The position numbers were made by a program, and so were the translations under genes. Positions 19,653 through 30,258 of a stretch of DNA of 64,000 nucleotides are shown in pieces. The first letter of the stretch is position 1, and each line of letters starts with the position of its first letter. Location of the stretch: the NCBI GenBank assembly GCA_910577195.1, contig CAJTLP010000002.1:71211-135210 (forward strand). Reading direction: 5' to 3'. Under the pieces are notes generated by a model that was not told where the DNA came from, did no database searches, and saw nothing but the letters and a program-made list of their open reading frames with translations. The stretch is from an uncultured Eubacterium sp. (GTDB lineage Bacteria; Bacillota; Clostridia; Oscillospirales; Acutalibacteraceae).

Positions 19653-20315
19653 ATGAGTAAATCAGCAATGCTTGCAGACAGCACAGCACAACAGATTATA
19701 AAAATGATTGAAGAGGAAAACCGATTTTCAGTCGGCGACAAGCTCCCTAACGAAAACGATCTCGCAGGCGAGCTCGGCGTAAGCCGATCCACCTTAAGAG
19801 AGGCAATAAAAATACTCACCACAAACGGCATCCTTGAAATAAGACGAGGCAAGGGAACCTTTGTAACATCAAACACAATTATCAATTCAAACAACCTCAG
19901 CGATATTGCATCAGGACTTGACGATCTGTTTGAAATGAGGCTTATGTTTGAGCCTGAATGTGCGTATTTAGCCGCAAAAAGAGCCACAGACGAGGAAATT
20001 GACACCATATGCTATTATGGTAATGAAATTGAAAAAAAGATTCTAAGCGGCGAGGACAGAACCTTTGAAGAACAGAAATTCCACGAGAGCATTGCAAATG
20101 CCACGCACAATTCGTTTGTGAAACAGTTTATGCCAATTATCTTCAATGCAATCAAAAAAGGTGTTGTTGTTCTGACAAAAGACAAAAACGTAAGTGACGA
20201 TAATATGAATGATGACAGGCTGATAATGGAGTTCATAAAAAAGCGTAACGCAGAGGGAGCAAGAACAGCGATGAAGCTGCACATCATACACGCAATTGAG
20301 GGCCTGAAAAAATAA
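19653..20315 (+). CDS. FadR/GntR-family transcriptional regulator
   Basis: GDKLPNENDLAGELGVSRSTLREA, RGKGTFV, FCD motif FHESIANATHN. ATG 19653 after GAGGTG. Confidence 0.92.
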   Translation: MSKSAMLADSTAQQIIKMIEEENRFSVGDKLPNENDLAGELGVSRSTLREAIKILTTNGILEIRRGKGTFVTSNTIINSNNLSDIASGLDDLFEMRLMFEPECAYLAAKRATDEEIDTICYYGNEIEKKILSGEDRTFEEQKFHESIANATHNSFVKQFMPIIFNAIKKGVVVLTKDKNVSDDNMNDDRLIMEFIKKRNAEGARTAMKLHIIHAIEGLKK

Positions 20316-20339
20316 TAAAAATTTAATTTCATTTTACAG

Positions 20340-20368
20340 TTGACATTAGACATCACACAAGCTATAAT
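20340..20368 (+). promoter_or_regulatory. ilvC promoter with operator-like site in the spacer
   Basis: TTGACA-17bp-TATAAT. The spacer (ttagacatcacacaa) reverse-complements to ttgtgtgatgtctaa, resembling the 19581 palindrome. Confidence 0.65.
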
Positions 20369-20396
20369 ATGAATTAACAAAAATACAAATGAGTAG

Positions 20397-21455
<1,059 letters not shown>

Positions 21456-21483
21456 GAATAATTAATATTTATTCATGATGAAT

Positions 21484-21520
21484 AGGCTGTCTCAGACTTT
21501 ACTGAGACAGCTTTTTTATT
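21484..21520 (+). terminator. Intrinsic terminator after ilvC
   Basis: ggctgtctcag-acttta-ctgagacagct followed by a T run. Confidence 0.8.
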
Positions 21521-21584
21521 TACTTTATCAAATAAATATGATATAATTATATATCATATATAAAGTTGTATAAGAGGAGAAGCT

Positions 21585-22124
21585 ATGAACAAGGATATTG
21601 AAAAGATTTTAGTTACCGAAGAGGAATTGGCAGAGATAACAAAAAAATTGGGTGAACAGATCACACGTGATTATGCAGAAAAAAAGCTGCTGATTGTCGG
21701 TGTGTTAAAAGGCTCAATCTATTTCTTAACCGACCTTTCAAGGCATATTGATTTACCCTGCCAGATTGATTTTATTCAGGCATCAAGCTACGGCAGCAGC
21801 ACTGTATCAAGCGGTGTAATCAAAATCACAAAGGACATAGCTGAAGATCTTACAGGCTTTGATGTTCTCCTTGTTGAAGATATACTTGATACAGGCAAAA
21901 CGCTTAAGCATATACACGATATGCTTATCAAAAGAAATCCTGAGTCAATCGCGGTCATTACTCTGCTGGACAAGCCGTCAAGACGCGAGGCTGATATCCA
22001 CGCTGACTATGTTGGTGTGGATGTTCCGAATGCTTTTGTTGTGGGTTACGGTCTTGACTATGATCAATTCTACAGAAATCTCCCTTATATAGGTATACTC
22101 AAAGAGGAAGTATATAAAAAATAA
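21585..22124 (+). CDS. hpt: Hypoxanthine phosphoribosyltransferase
   Basis: GVLKGS, SSYG, VLLVEDILDTGKT, FVVGYGLDY, YRNLPYIG. Confidence 0.96.
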   Translation: MNKDIEKILVTEEELAEITKKLGEQITRDYAEKKLLIVGVLKGSIYFLTDLSRHIDLPCQIDFIQASSYGSSTVSSGVIKITKDIAEDLTGFDVLLVEDILDTGKTLKHIHDMLIKRNPESIAVITLLDKPSRREADIHADYVGVDVPNAFVVGYGLDYDQFYRNLPYIGILKEEVYKK

Positions 22125-22162
22125 TTGACATATCCTTTTATGATGATATACTATATGTGAAA

Positions 22163-22352
22163 TAAATATCAGCGGTTTTCAGCAGTGCCGATTATGGTGT
22201 GCTGAAATGAAAAGGGAATCAGGTGAGAATCCTGAGCAACCGCCATTACCGTATTTGATGAAGCAATTACACAGGCCATTGGGAAACTGAGAAGGCGTAA
22301 TCTGCATGTATGTTTTTACTATATCATAAGTCGGGAGACCTGCCGTGAACAT
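22163..22352 (+). ncRNA. Cobalamin (AdoCbl) riboswitch
   Basis: AAAAGGGAATCAGGTGAGAATCCTGA, CCGCCATTACCGTA, GCCATTGGGAAACTGAGAAGGC, B12 box AAGTCGGGAGACCTGCC. Promoter TTGACA at 22125. Hairpin atacccctgtc/gacaggggtat + T run at 22413-22444 covers the RBS. Confidence 0.93.
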
Positions 22353-22444
22353 AAATTCAGCTTTGGGCAAGTGGGAAAGCAATGGATTCAATTTATAGGT
22401 CCTACTATAACTATACCCCTGTCCAAATGACAGGGGTATTTTTT

Positions 22445-23218
22445 ATGAAAAAATTTTCAGCTATATTGCTTTCCATTATAATGTGCATTACCTTTTTCGG
22501 ATGCAGTGCAGATAAAACGGAATTAAAGGATTCGCAAATCACTGCTGTTCAGTCTACAATAAAAGCAGAAACCACATCAGACACAAACGACAGCACATCC
22601 GTAATAAAAGCCGATGATACAACACAAAGCAGTGAGTCAAGCAAAAACAAAACCGATAAAAGCAGGTTAACAACAAAGAGTTCCGCAAGCACAAAGAATG
22701 CTGCAGATTCAAGAACGACCAAAGCTTCTGCGAAAAATACTGAAAAAACATCAACAAGCAAAAAAACCACAAAAAATAAATCTTCCACAGCACAGTCAAC
22801 CACTAAAAAGAAAACGACTACTACAAAAAAGCAGACAACTACCTCATCTACCATCACCTGCACTGTAACGGTTGAGTGCAAAAGCATACTCAAAAATACG
22901 GACAAGCTTGCTGACGGACACGCACCATATGTTCCGTCTGACGGATATTTTATCAACGGCTGTACGGTTACACTGGCGAATGGCAGCAGTGCCTATGATG
23001 CCGTTCAGCTTGCCTGCAATAAACAGGGTGTACATATGACCACTGTCAACAGCGGATACGGCAAATATGTTAAAGGCTTTAACAACATTGATGAAAAGGA
23101 CTGCGGCAGCCAGAGCGGCTGGCTTTACTTTGTGAACGGAAGCTCACCTTCAAAAAGCTGCAGCAAATACAAGCTTTCAAACGGCGATAACGTTGTATTT
23201 TCATACACGTGCAAATAA
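22445..23218 (+). CDS. DUF4430 (transcobalamin-like C-terminal domain) lipoprotein with Ser/Thr/Lys linker
   Basis: Lipobox FFGC, long STK-rich stalk, YVKGFNNIDEKDCGSQSGWLYFVNG...YKLSNGDNVVFSYT. Start ATG 22445. Confidence 0.85.
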   Translation: MKKFSAILLSIIMCITFFGCSADKTELKDSQITAVQSTIKAETTSDTNDSTSVIKADDTTQSSESSKNKTDKSRLTTKSSASTKNAADSRTTKASAKNTEKTSTSKKTTKNKSSTAQSTTKKKTTTTKKQTTTSSTITCTVTVECKSILKNTDKLADGHAPYVPSDGYFINGCTVTLANGSSAYDAVQLACNKQGVHMTTVNSGYGKYVKGFNNIDEKDCGSQSGWLYFVNGSSPSKSCSKYKLSNGDNVVFSYTCK

Positions 23219-23243
23219 ACAATAAAATTTCAGGAGGACAAAA

Positions 23244-24386
23244 ATGAAAAAAATCTTATCACTCATCACTGCAATTTGCATTATGCTTATGACAAGCGTT
23301 ACAGCTTTTGCAGCAGAGGTACCAAGCTCAGAAAAGGTAAAGGCTCAGATTGACGGAGCAGCTGCCTACATCACAAAGGACGTACAGAGCTACGGCGTTG
23401 ACCAGGCACTTGATTTCTGTATGATAGCAGATTCAGGGGCTGATGTATCAAAATACAAAGACGGATTTATCAAAGATGTAAAAAGCAATCTTGACACAAA
23501 CAAGGGAAAAATCGTTTCTGCATACGGTGAAAATTTAACAACCTACGGTGCAGTAATCATTGCCTTAACCGCTTTGGATGAGGACATTTCGGATTTCTAT
23601 GGATATGATATCGGCAAGGCTTTCCTTGCTATGGACCCTACTGTGGAGCCTGTATCACTCAACTACTACAGAATCATCACACAGGGTGCATTCTATTGCG
23701 ACAATTCAGATGAATTTCTGACAAAGGTATGCGACACATATATTGCAAACCACTACACTCTGGGAAAGGGTGTTGATTACTACGGATACTCCTGTGACAA
23801 CACTGCATACTTTATTGATGCCATTTCCTATGGATATTACGCAACAGATAAGTACGAGGATATCCTCAAGGACGCTATAGCAGTTCTTGACACGTACAAG
23901 GTTGACGGCGGCTACTGCTTCAATCCGGAATACGGCAAGGAGCCGAACGCGGACTCAACCGCCCTTGCACTTATGGCACACAGTGCATATATTGCAGACA
24001 TAGGTAATCTTGACAAGCACTATGAAACCGTAAACGGCATTTATGCTGACCTTTGTAAATTTGAAGGATCAGGCACAGGCATTTTCACCTATGACGGTGA
24101 TGACAGCATGTACACAACAAAAGAAGCACTGATTGCACTTTCCTATTATTACTGGGATGTAGTATTCCAGGAAATGCCTGATGATGAAACACCGACTGAC
24201 GACGGCGAAACCACAACAGCAATTACATCAGAGCCGACAACTGCTAAACCAAAAACAACTGTTTCAGCTGCAAACACATCAAAAAAATCACCTGCAACAG
24301 GCAGCAATGCAGCGGCTGTTTCAGCGGCAGCTGCATTCATTGCAGCAACCGGTATGTTAGCTGTTCTTAAGAAAAAAGAAAAGTAA
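23244..24386 (+). CDS. Secreted helical-repeat (prenyltransferase/transcobalamin alpha-barrel-like) protein with sortase signal
   Basis: Signal peptide (TAFA), repeats SCDNTAYFIDAI / NADSTALALMA / YTTKEALIAL, Thr/Pro linker, SPATG + hydrophobic stretch + KKKEK. Confidence 0.7.
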   Translation: MKKILSLITAICIMLMTSVTAFAAEVPSSEKVKAQIDGAAAYITKDVQSYGVDQALDFCMIADSGADVSKYKDGFIKDVKSNLDTNKGKIVSAYGENLTTYGAVIIALTALDEDISDFYGYDIGKAFLAMDPTVEPVSLNYYRIITQGAFYCDNSDEFLTKVCDTYIANHYTLGKGVDYYGYSCDNTAYFIDAISYGYYATDKYEDILKDAIAVLDTYKVDGGYCFNPEYGKEPNADSTALALMAHSAYIADIGNLDKHYETVNGIYADLCKFEGSGTGIFTYDGDDSMYTTKEALIALSYYYWDVVFQEMPDDETPTDDGETTTAITSEPTTAKPKTTVSAANTSKKSPATGSNAAAVSAAAAFIAATGMLAVLKKKEK

Positions 24387-24402
24387 TATACGTATATAAA
24401 AT

Positions 24403-24445
24403 AAACCCGGATATGTTAATCTGATAACATATCCGGATTTTTATT
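24403..24445. terminator. Bidirectional intrinsic terminator
   Basis: ccggatatgtta-atctga-taacatatccgg between convergent genes. Confidence 0.75.
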
Positions 24446-24452
24446 TATGAAA

Positions 24453-25940
24453 TTATTTTTTAGCCATTCTTTCAATCTTCTTATCATCAAAGATATTTGT
24501 AAGCCCCTCCCACATAAGCTGCCTGCGTTCAAACCAAAGGACACCTAACTTTCCTTTTATGTAATCCGGATTCGCCGTGTTCAAAGAAGAATAGCCTATA
24601 TCATTTTTTCTGAGAAATTGATAATAAAAATCGAGCTTTTGAGAAAAACTGTCCCAGCCGCAGCTTCCGTTCCAGCCTGTTTCACTCATACAGCCTGTAC
24701 GCGGAAAGCTCATCTTGTCAGCCTTTTTCATATCAGGAACAAATTCTGTCCAGAGTGTTGCCTCCACACCCAGACAATTACCGCTGTATGGCTTATGCTC
24801 TGCAGTATCTTTCAGACTTATATAACCATAAGGCAAATCAATATAATATGCCTTTGTTGATGTATCAATAAAGGGTCTGTCCCCTGTTTCCATTTCGCCG
24901 CATTTTGTAAAGCCGAGATCTGTGTCAATACAGGAATCATCTTCCAATTCCCAGCTCCACATAAACACCTGCTTATTATGAGCCTTGCAGTAATCTTTAA
25001 TCTGATTCATAAACCAGAACTGAAGTTCATCACTGTCCTTAAGTCCCAGTTCCTTACGCTTAGCCTGACAGTGAGGGCACAAATCCCATCTGTGCTTAGG
25101 TACCTCGTCACCGCCGATATGATAATATTCATCCGGAAACATTTCAAAAAACTCATCAAGCACGTTATGAACAAATTGTATTGTCTCCGCCTTGCCGACG
25201 CAAAGCACATCGTGCTTAACACCCCAGTGGTCAGCAACAGGCAATTTACGTGGAAAACAGGTCAGCTCATTATAAGCGGCAATGGCTGCTCTGCAATGCC
25301 CCGGAATATCAAATTCCGGCATCACCTTTATGCCAAAAGCGTGTGCATAATCCACAATCTCTTTTATATCCTTCTTTGTATAAAATCCTCCGTGAGGCGT
25401 ATGATTAAAATTCGTTCTTTTTCTCTTCGAGCCAATCTGTGTAAGCAGCGGATAAGCATCTATTTCTACACGCCAGCCCTGATCCTCAGTCAGATGAAAA
25501 TGCAGTACATTAAGCTTATGAATAACCATTCGCTTAATAATCTTTTTCACATCTGATACCGGAAAGAAATATCTTCCCACATCAAGCATAAATCCGCGTA
25601 TCTTATATGCCGGTTTATCGGAAATTTTCAGTTTAGGAACACTGTCTCCACACTGAAAGATGATCTGTTTAAGAGTTTGGAGTGCATAAAGCTGCCCTGA
25701 TGCAGAGGATGCCCTGATGACAATCTCATCATCAATAACAAGGCTGTATTCCTCTTCGCCAAGAGATTCATCAGACTCAAAAATAATATTCTCCTCTCCC
25801 TCAGGCAGATTGCAGAATGACAAAAAATCCTCAATCGCCTCCCTGCTCAGAAGATTTTTACCCAAAGAAATATGGCTGATATTCATTTTTGCATTTTCCT
25901 GCACATCCATTACCTGCGGCTGCGGTATAAGCTTAAGCAT
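24453..25940 (-). CDS. Beta-N-acetylhexosaminidase (GH20)
   Basis: RGFMLDVGRYF, HFHLTEDQGWR, PEFDIPGH, HIGGDEV, ATLWTE. Confidence 0.92.
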   Translation of the reverse strand: MLKLIPQPQVMDVQENAKMNISHISLGKNLLSREAIEDFLSFCNLPEGEENIIFESDESLGEEEYSLVIDDEIVIRASSASGQLYALQTLKQIIFQCGDSVPKLKISDKPAYKIRGFMLDVGRYFFPVSDVKKIIKRMVIHKLNVLHFHLTEDQGWRVEIDAYPLLTQIGSKRKRTNFNHTPHGGFYTKKDIKEIVDYAHAFGIKVMPEFDIPGHCRAAIAAYNELTCFPRKLPVADHWGVKHDVLCVGKAETIQFVHNVLDEFFEMFPDEYYHIGGDEVPKHRWDLCPHCQAKRKELGLKDSDELQFWFMNQIKDYCKAHNKQVFMWSWELEDDSCIDTDLGFTKCGEMETGDRPFIDTSTKAYYIDLPYGYISLKDTAEHKPYSGNCLGVEATLWTEFVPDMKKADKMSFPRTGCMSETGWNGSCGWDSFSQKLDFYYQFLRKNDIGYSSLNTANPDYIKGKLGVLWFERRQLMWEGLTNIFDDKKIERMAKK

Positions 25941-26054
25941 AAAATCACCCTTTTCAGTTTAACTCAAATAATTGCTGAAGTCAATAGCTATGCCTTGCAT
26001 TTATCCTGTTATGATGCTATAATGATTATAGTATTTTTCAGGAGGTAAATCATT

Positions 26055-26714
26055 ATGAAAAAAGTAAAAGCATTAGGTGCAGTTCTGGTTTGTATTTGCC
26101 TTATCGCAACTATGTTTGCAGGCTGCTCAAAAATTTCATTTGAGGGCAAATGGATTTCAACTCTGGATTTATCAGAATCACTGAATGCAGAACTCGATAT
26201 GTCTAAGGATACAGACGGAAAATACTTCGGTGAATTCAAGGAACCGATTTCGCTTGATATGATTTATACATTCGACAGTGACAATGCCTATGTTGTTTCC
26301 GTTGATGAGGAAAAATTCAAGACTGATTTCAACGCTTATATGGAAAAGTACATCGACTATATGGTTGAAGGTACATACAAATATGCAGAGGATCAGGGAA
26401 TGACCCGTGAGCAATTTGATGAGCTTTACAAGCAGCAGGAAGGAACTACTGTACGTGAAGGCATGCTCAAGGAAATTGATGCTGATGCTATGGTTAATGA
26501 AATTGTTTCAGGCTTTGTAACAAATGAAAAACAGCCGCTTCTTATTGAGGACGGTAAATTCTATGAGACTGATGATCAGGGCAATAAGAAGAGCTATGAA
26601 ACCTTTACCCTTGAGGGTGACACACTTACAATCAACGGTCAGTTTGATCTTGAAGATAAGCCTATGGAGGATGAATACGGCATCTATCCTTTAGTTTTAA
26701 CAAAGCAGGCATAA
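26055..26714 (+). CDS. Hypothetical acidic lipoprotein
   Basis: Lipobox MFAGC, GGAGG RBS, own promoter (TATAAT near 26018) and downstream hairpin. Confidence 0.75.
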   Translation: MKKVKALGAVLVCICLIATMFAGCSKISFEGKWISTLDLSESLNAELDMSKDTDGKYFGEFKEPISLDMIYTFDSDNAYVVSVDEEKFKTDFNAYMEKYIDYMVEGTYKYAEDQGMTREQFDELYKQQEGTTVREGMLKEIDADAMVNEIVSGFVTNEKQPLLIEDGKFYETDDQGNKKSYETFTLEGDTLTINGQFDLEDKPMEDEYGIYPLVLTKQA

Positions 26715-26846
26715 TGAAAATTTCATAGTTTAATATAATGAAACGTCAGGAAGGAAATTTCTTTCCCGGCGTTTTTTATTTACAATTTTGTATATTGAAA
26801 TAAATTCAAGGGTATGTTACTATCAAAATACATGGAGGTTAAGCTT

Positions 26847-28490
26847 ATGAAATACAGCTTCAATTTTATATACAGTGCAAACGGCACTTTAAAAAGCACA
26901 GGCAATACAGACAACTCTGATTTTTCAGTTGAAATAAAAGAAAATGATAATATAATTGAATTTACAGTTAAGCCGAATACTGAAATTCAGTTTACGAAAT
27001 TTGCAATGAAAATCCCTTACAGATTCAACAGTGCACAGCGTATTTTTACAAACGGATATCAGAGCTGGACCGTATCAAAGGAATATTCACCAAATGATAA
27101 AATGGATGAATTCTCTCCTCGTGTAATGGGCATTGAAAAGAAAAGGTTCAATCCCTTAGGAATCTGGGGCGCAGGAGATCTGACCTTTCATCCGTATCCT
27201 GAAAAACCCGGAATATTTTATGGCTACTCATATGGATATGTAAGAAACGGAAATGAACTTTTCCTGCTTGGCTCCTTAAGCGAACGGACAGGATATACCA
27301 TAATTACCTTTGATTCGGCAGCTGACTGTATCACAATTGAAAAAGACCTTGAGGGTGTAAAAATCAAAGATGATATGCTCGTTCTGTCTCTCGCTATGCT
27401 GAACGGAGATTATAACAGTGTATTTGACGAATATTTCAGACTTATGAACATACCAAAGCCGAGAGTGAACAGACAGTGCGGCTACACCACCTGGTACAAC
27501 TACTATACAAGTGTTACTGAAGATATCGTTATGAACGACCTTAACGCAATATCCCAGCTGGGTACAAAGATTGATATTTTCCAGATCGATGACGGCTATG
27601 AGCGTACAGTCGGCGACTGGCTTGAAACAGATAAAAGAAAATTCCCGAACGGAATGAAGGTAATTGCTGACAGTATTCATAAAAAGAATATGCTTGCAGG
27701 TCTCTGGCTTGCACCCTTTGCGGTTACTCCTAAATCACATATATACAAAAAGCACAAGGACTGGCTCGTACGTGACGAAAAGGGCAGAATCCACTTTGCT
27801 TCACATAACTGGGGCGGATTTTATGCCCTTGATATTTACAATGAAGAGGTAAGAGCTTATATCAGAAAGGTATTTGATACCGTGCTGAACGACTGGGGCT
27901 ATGATATGGTTAAGCTTGATTTTCTTTATGCCTGCTCCATTATTCCGATTCACGGTAAAAGTCGCGGTGAAATTATGTGCGTTGCAATGGATTTTCTCCG
28001 TGAATGCTGCGGTGACAAGATTATTCTCGGCTGCGGTGTACCCCTTGCCCCTGCTTTCGGCAAGGTGGATTTCTGCCGTATCGGTGCTGATGTAGGACTT
28101 TGCTGGGAAAACAAAGCATTTTCACGAGAGGATGTTTCAACCCAGCACACACTTATGAACACCATATTCCGCCGTCATCTTGACGGCAGAGCATTTTTAA
28201 ACGATCCCGATGTATTCTTACTGCGTGACAATAATATAAAAATGCCGATAAATAAAAGGGAAATTGTTGCACAGGTTAACAGCCTTTGCGGAAATCTGCT
28301 CTTTGTCTCAGACGATGTATCAAAGTACAATGAACAGCAGAAACAGATATTTATTGATACGGTCACAAATCCAAAGGCTGAGATAAAAAATGCTGAATTT
28401 ATAAAAAACAGAATTATAAAAATTGACTATTCTTTAAATAATAGAACTGACAGCCTGACATTTGACCTTTCCACAGGCGAAAGACTGTAG
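26847..28490 (+). CDS. Alpha-galactosidase (GH36 family)
   Basis: NGYQSW, GYTTWYNYY, FQIDDGY, AGLWLAPF, VKLDFLY, CRIGADV, NDPDVF. Start ATG 26847 after GGAGG. Confidence 0.88.
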   Translation: MKYSFNFIYSANGTLKSTGNTDNSDFSVEIKENDNIIEFTVKPNTEIQFTKFAMKIPYRFNSAQRIFTNGYQSWTVSKEYSPNDKMDEFSPRVMGIEKKRFNPLGIWGAGDLTFHPYPEKPGIFYGYSYGYVRNGNELFLLGSLSERTGYTIITFDSAADCITIEKDLEGVKIKDDMLVLSLAMLNGDYNSVFDEYFRLMNIPKPRVNRQCGYTTWYNYYTSVTEDIVMNDLNAISQLGTKIDIFQIDDGYERTVGDWLETDKRKFPNGMKVIADSIHKKNMLAGLWLAPFAVTPKSHIYKKHKDWLVRDEKGRIHFASHNWGGFYALDIYNEEVRAYIRKVFDTVLNDWGYDMVKLDFLYACSIIPIHGKSRGEIMCVAMDFLRECCGDKIILGCGVPLAPAFGKVDFCRIGADVGLCWENKAFSREDVSTQHTLMNTIFRRHLDGRAFLNDPDVFLLRDNNIKMPINKREIVAQVNSLCGNLLFVSDDVSKYNEQQKQIFIDTVTNPKAEIKNAEFIKNRIIKIDYSLNNRTDSLTFDLSTGERL

Positions 28491-28563
28491 TCTATTCATT
28501 GCCCAATCTATTGAAAGCTTTCAAAACCTATGATATAATAGTAATTTGAAAGGATGCAGAACT

Positions 28564-29001
28564 ATGAAAATTTCCACAAAGGGCCGTTATGCCCTGAGAC
28601 TTATGCTTGATTTAGCTGAACACCAGGAGGACGGTTTTATCGCGCTTAAAGATATTGCACAGAGGCAGGATATTTCAAAAAAATATTTGGAGCAGATTGT
28701 ACCGCTTCTGAATAAGTCAGGCGTTCTCAGAACAACACGTGGTTATCAGGGCGGCTATCAGCTTGCTAAAAAGCCTGAGGAATGCACTGTAGGTGATATT
28801 CTTCGTATAACAGAGGGAAGTCTTGCACCTGTTGCATGCCTTGACAGTCCGCAGAATTTATGTGATAAGGCTGATAGCTGTATGACTCTCGGCGTCTGGA
28901 AAGGACTTGACAAGGTTATAAATGAATATCTTGACTCAATCACATTAAGAAATATTTTAGATCAATACCGCACTGCAGCAAGTGACGAGTATTATATTTA
29001 A
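28564..29001 (+). CDS. Rrf2-family regulator (IscR-like, three Cys)
   Basis: MKISTKGRYALR, SKKYLEQI, RGYQGGY, C-x7-C-x5-C. Confidence 0.92.
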   Translation: MKISTKGRYALRLMLDLAEHQEDGFIALKDIAQRQDISKKYLEQIVPLLNKSGVLRTTRGYQGGYQLAKKPEECTVGDILRITEGSLAPVACLDSPQNLCDKADSCMTLGVWKGLDKVINEYLDSITLRNILDQYRTAASDEYYI

Positions 29002-29018
29002 GCAAGTGAGATAAAAAT

Positions 29019-29741
29019 ATGCCAAATCAATTCACAAGAACGGAAATGCTTTTAGGCAGTGAAGCCGTTCATAAATTAAAACAGTGCAGAATTGCTGTTT
29101 TCGGTATCGGCGGTGTGGGCGGATACACGGTTGAAGCACTGGCACGTTCAGGGGTAGGCACTCTCGATTTAATTGATAACGACACAGTATCTATCACAAA
29201 TATCAACAGACAGATTATTGCACTTCACAGCACTGTCGGTATGAATAAAACGGAGGCTGCAAAAAAGAGGCTGCTTGATATCAATCCAAATATAAAAATA
29301 AATACGTATAATACCTTTTTCACACCTGAAAATTCCGGAGAATTTAACTTTTCACAATACGATTATATTGTTGATGCAATTGACACTGTATCAGGCAAAA
29401 TCGAGTTGGCTGTACAGGCTGATAAAGCAAATGTCCCTATAATCAGTTCAATGGGCGCAGGCAACAAGCTCGACCCTACACGGTTTGAGGTCTCGGATAT
29501 TTACAAAACCTCCGTTTGCCCTCTTGCAAGGGTAATGCGCAGAGAACTGAAAAAAAGAAATATCAGAAAACTAAAGGTTGTATATTCAAAGGAAGAAGCA
29601 CTTTCACCAAAATGTGAAAGCGATGAGGATTCCGGTACGAAAAAACAGACTCCTGCAAGCATAGCATATGTCCCGTCGGTAGTCGGACTGATTATTGCAG
29701 GAGAGGTTATAAATGATATTACAAGTCAACAGACATCTTAG
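29019..29741 (+). CDS. tcdA: tRNA threonylcarbamoyladenosine dehydratase (ThiF family)
   Basis: GIGGVG, TNINRQ, DAIDT, SSMGAGNKLDP, CPLARVMR, VVYSKE. Confidence 0.9.
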   Translation: MPNQFTRTEMLLGSEAVHKLKQCRIAVFGIGGVGGYTVEALARSGVGTLDLIDNDTVSITNINRQIIALHSTVGMNKTEAAKKRLLDINPNIKINTYNTFFTPENSGEFNFSQYDYIVDAIDTVSGKIELAVQADKANVPIISSMGAGNKLDPTRFEVSDIYKTSVCPLARVMRRELKKRNIRKLKVVYSKEEALSPKCESDEDSGTKKQTPASIAYVPSVVGLIIAGEVINDITSQQTS

Positions 29742-29750
29742 GAGATAACT

Positions 29751-30185
29751 ATGAAAAGAATTTTAACTTACGGCACATTTGACCTTTTACATTACGGACA
29801 TATCCGACTGCTTAAAAGAGCAAGAGCAATGGGCGATTATCTTGTTGTTGCACTTTCGACTGACGAGTTTAATGCAGGCAAAGGTAAGAAAGCATATCAC
29901 ACATATGAAACAAGAAAAAAAATGCTTGAAGCAATAAGATACGTTGACCTTGTTATCCCTGAAAACTGCTGGGAGCAAAAAATAGATGATATAAAGGAAT
30001 ACCATATTGACACAGTTGTTATGGGCGGTGACTGGAAAGGCAGTGATAAATTTGATTACCTTAAGGATTACTGCGAGCTGGTTTTCCTTGACAGAACACC
30101 CGGAGTTTCCACAACAATGATAAAAAAAGACTTGGGTCTTAAGGAAGCAATTAACGGAATTGACCAGCTTCCTGATGAAAAATAA
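29751..30185 (+). CDS. tagD: Glycerol-3-phosphate cytidylyltransferase
   Basis: TYGTFDLLHYGH, RYVDLVIPE, MGGDWKG, RTPGVSTT. Confidence 0.93.
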   Translation: MKRILTYGTFDLLHYGHIRLLKRARAMGDYLVVALSTDEFNAGKGKKAYHTYETRKKMLEAIRYVDLVIPENCWEQKIDDIKEYHIDTVVMGGDWKGSDKFDYLKDYCELVFLDRTPGVSTTMIKKDLGLKEAINGIDQLPDEK

Positions 30186-30204
30186 TTCAGAGTGAAAAAA
30201 GCAA

Positions 30205-30250
30205 AAAGCACTTGCAGACAAATAAGTATCTGCAAGTGCTTTCCTTTTTT
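30205..30250. terminator. Bidirectional intrinsic terminator
   Basis: aaagcacttgcaga-N10-tctgcaagtgcttt. Confidence 0.75.
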
Positions 30251-30258
30251 CATAATAA

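Noticed and set aside
18238..19689. 483-aa version of the ATPase overlapping the GntR gene
   Set aside because: The upstream extension crosses the divergent promoter region; the plausible start is 19470. Similar over-extended starts were trimmed for several other ORFs.
22560..22860. Repetitive A/C-rich DNA as a tandem repeat or CRISPR array
   Set aside because: Explained by the Ser/Thr/Lys linker of the DUF4430 lipoprotein; no fixed repeat-spacer period.
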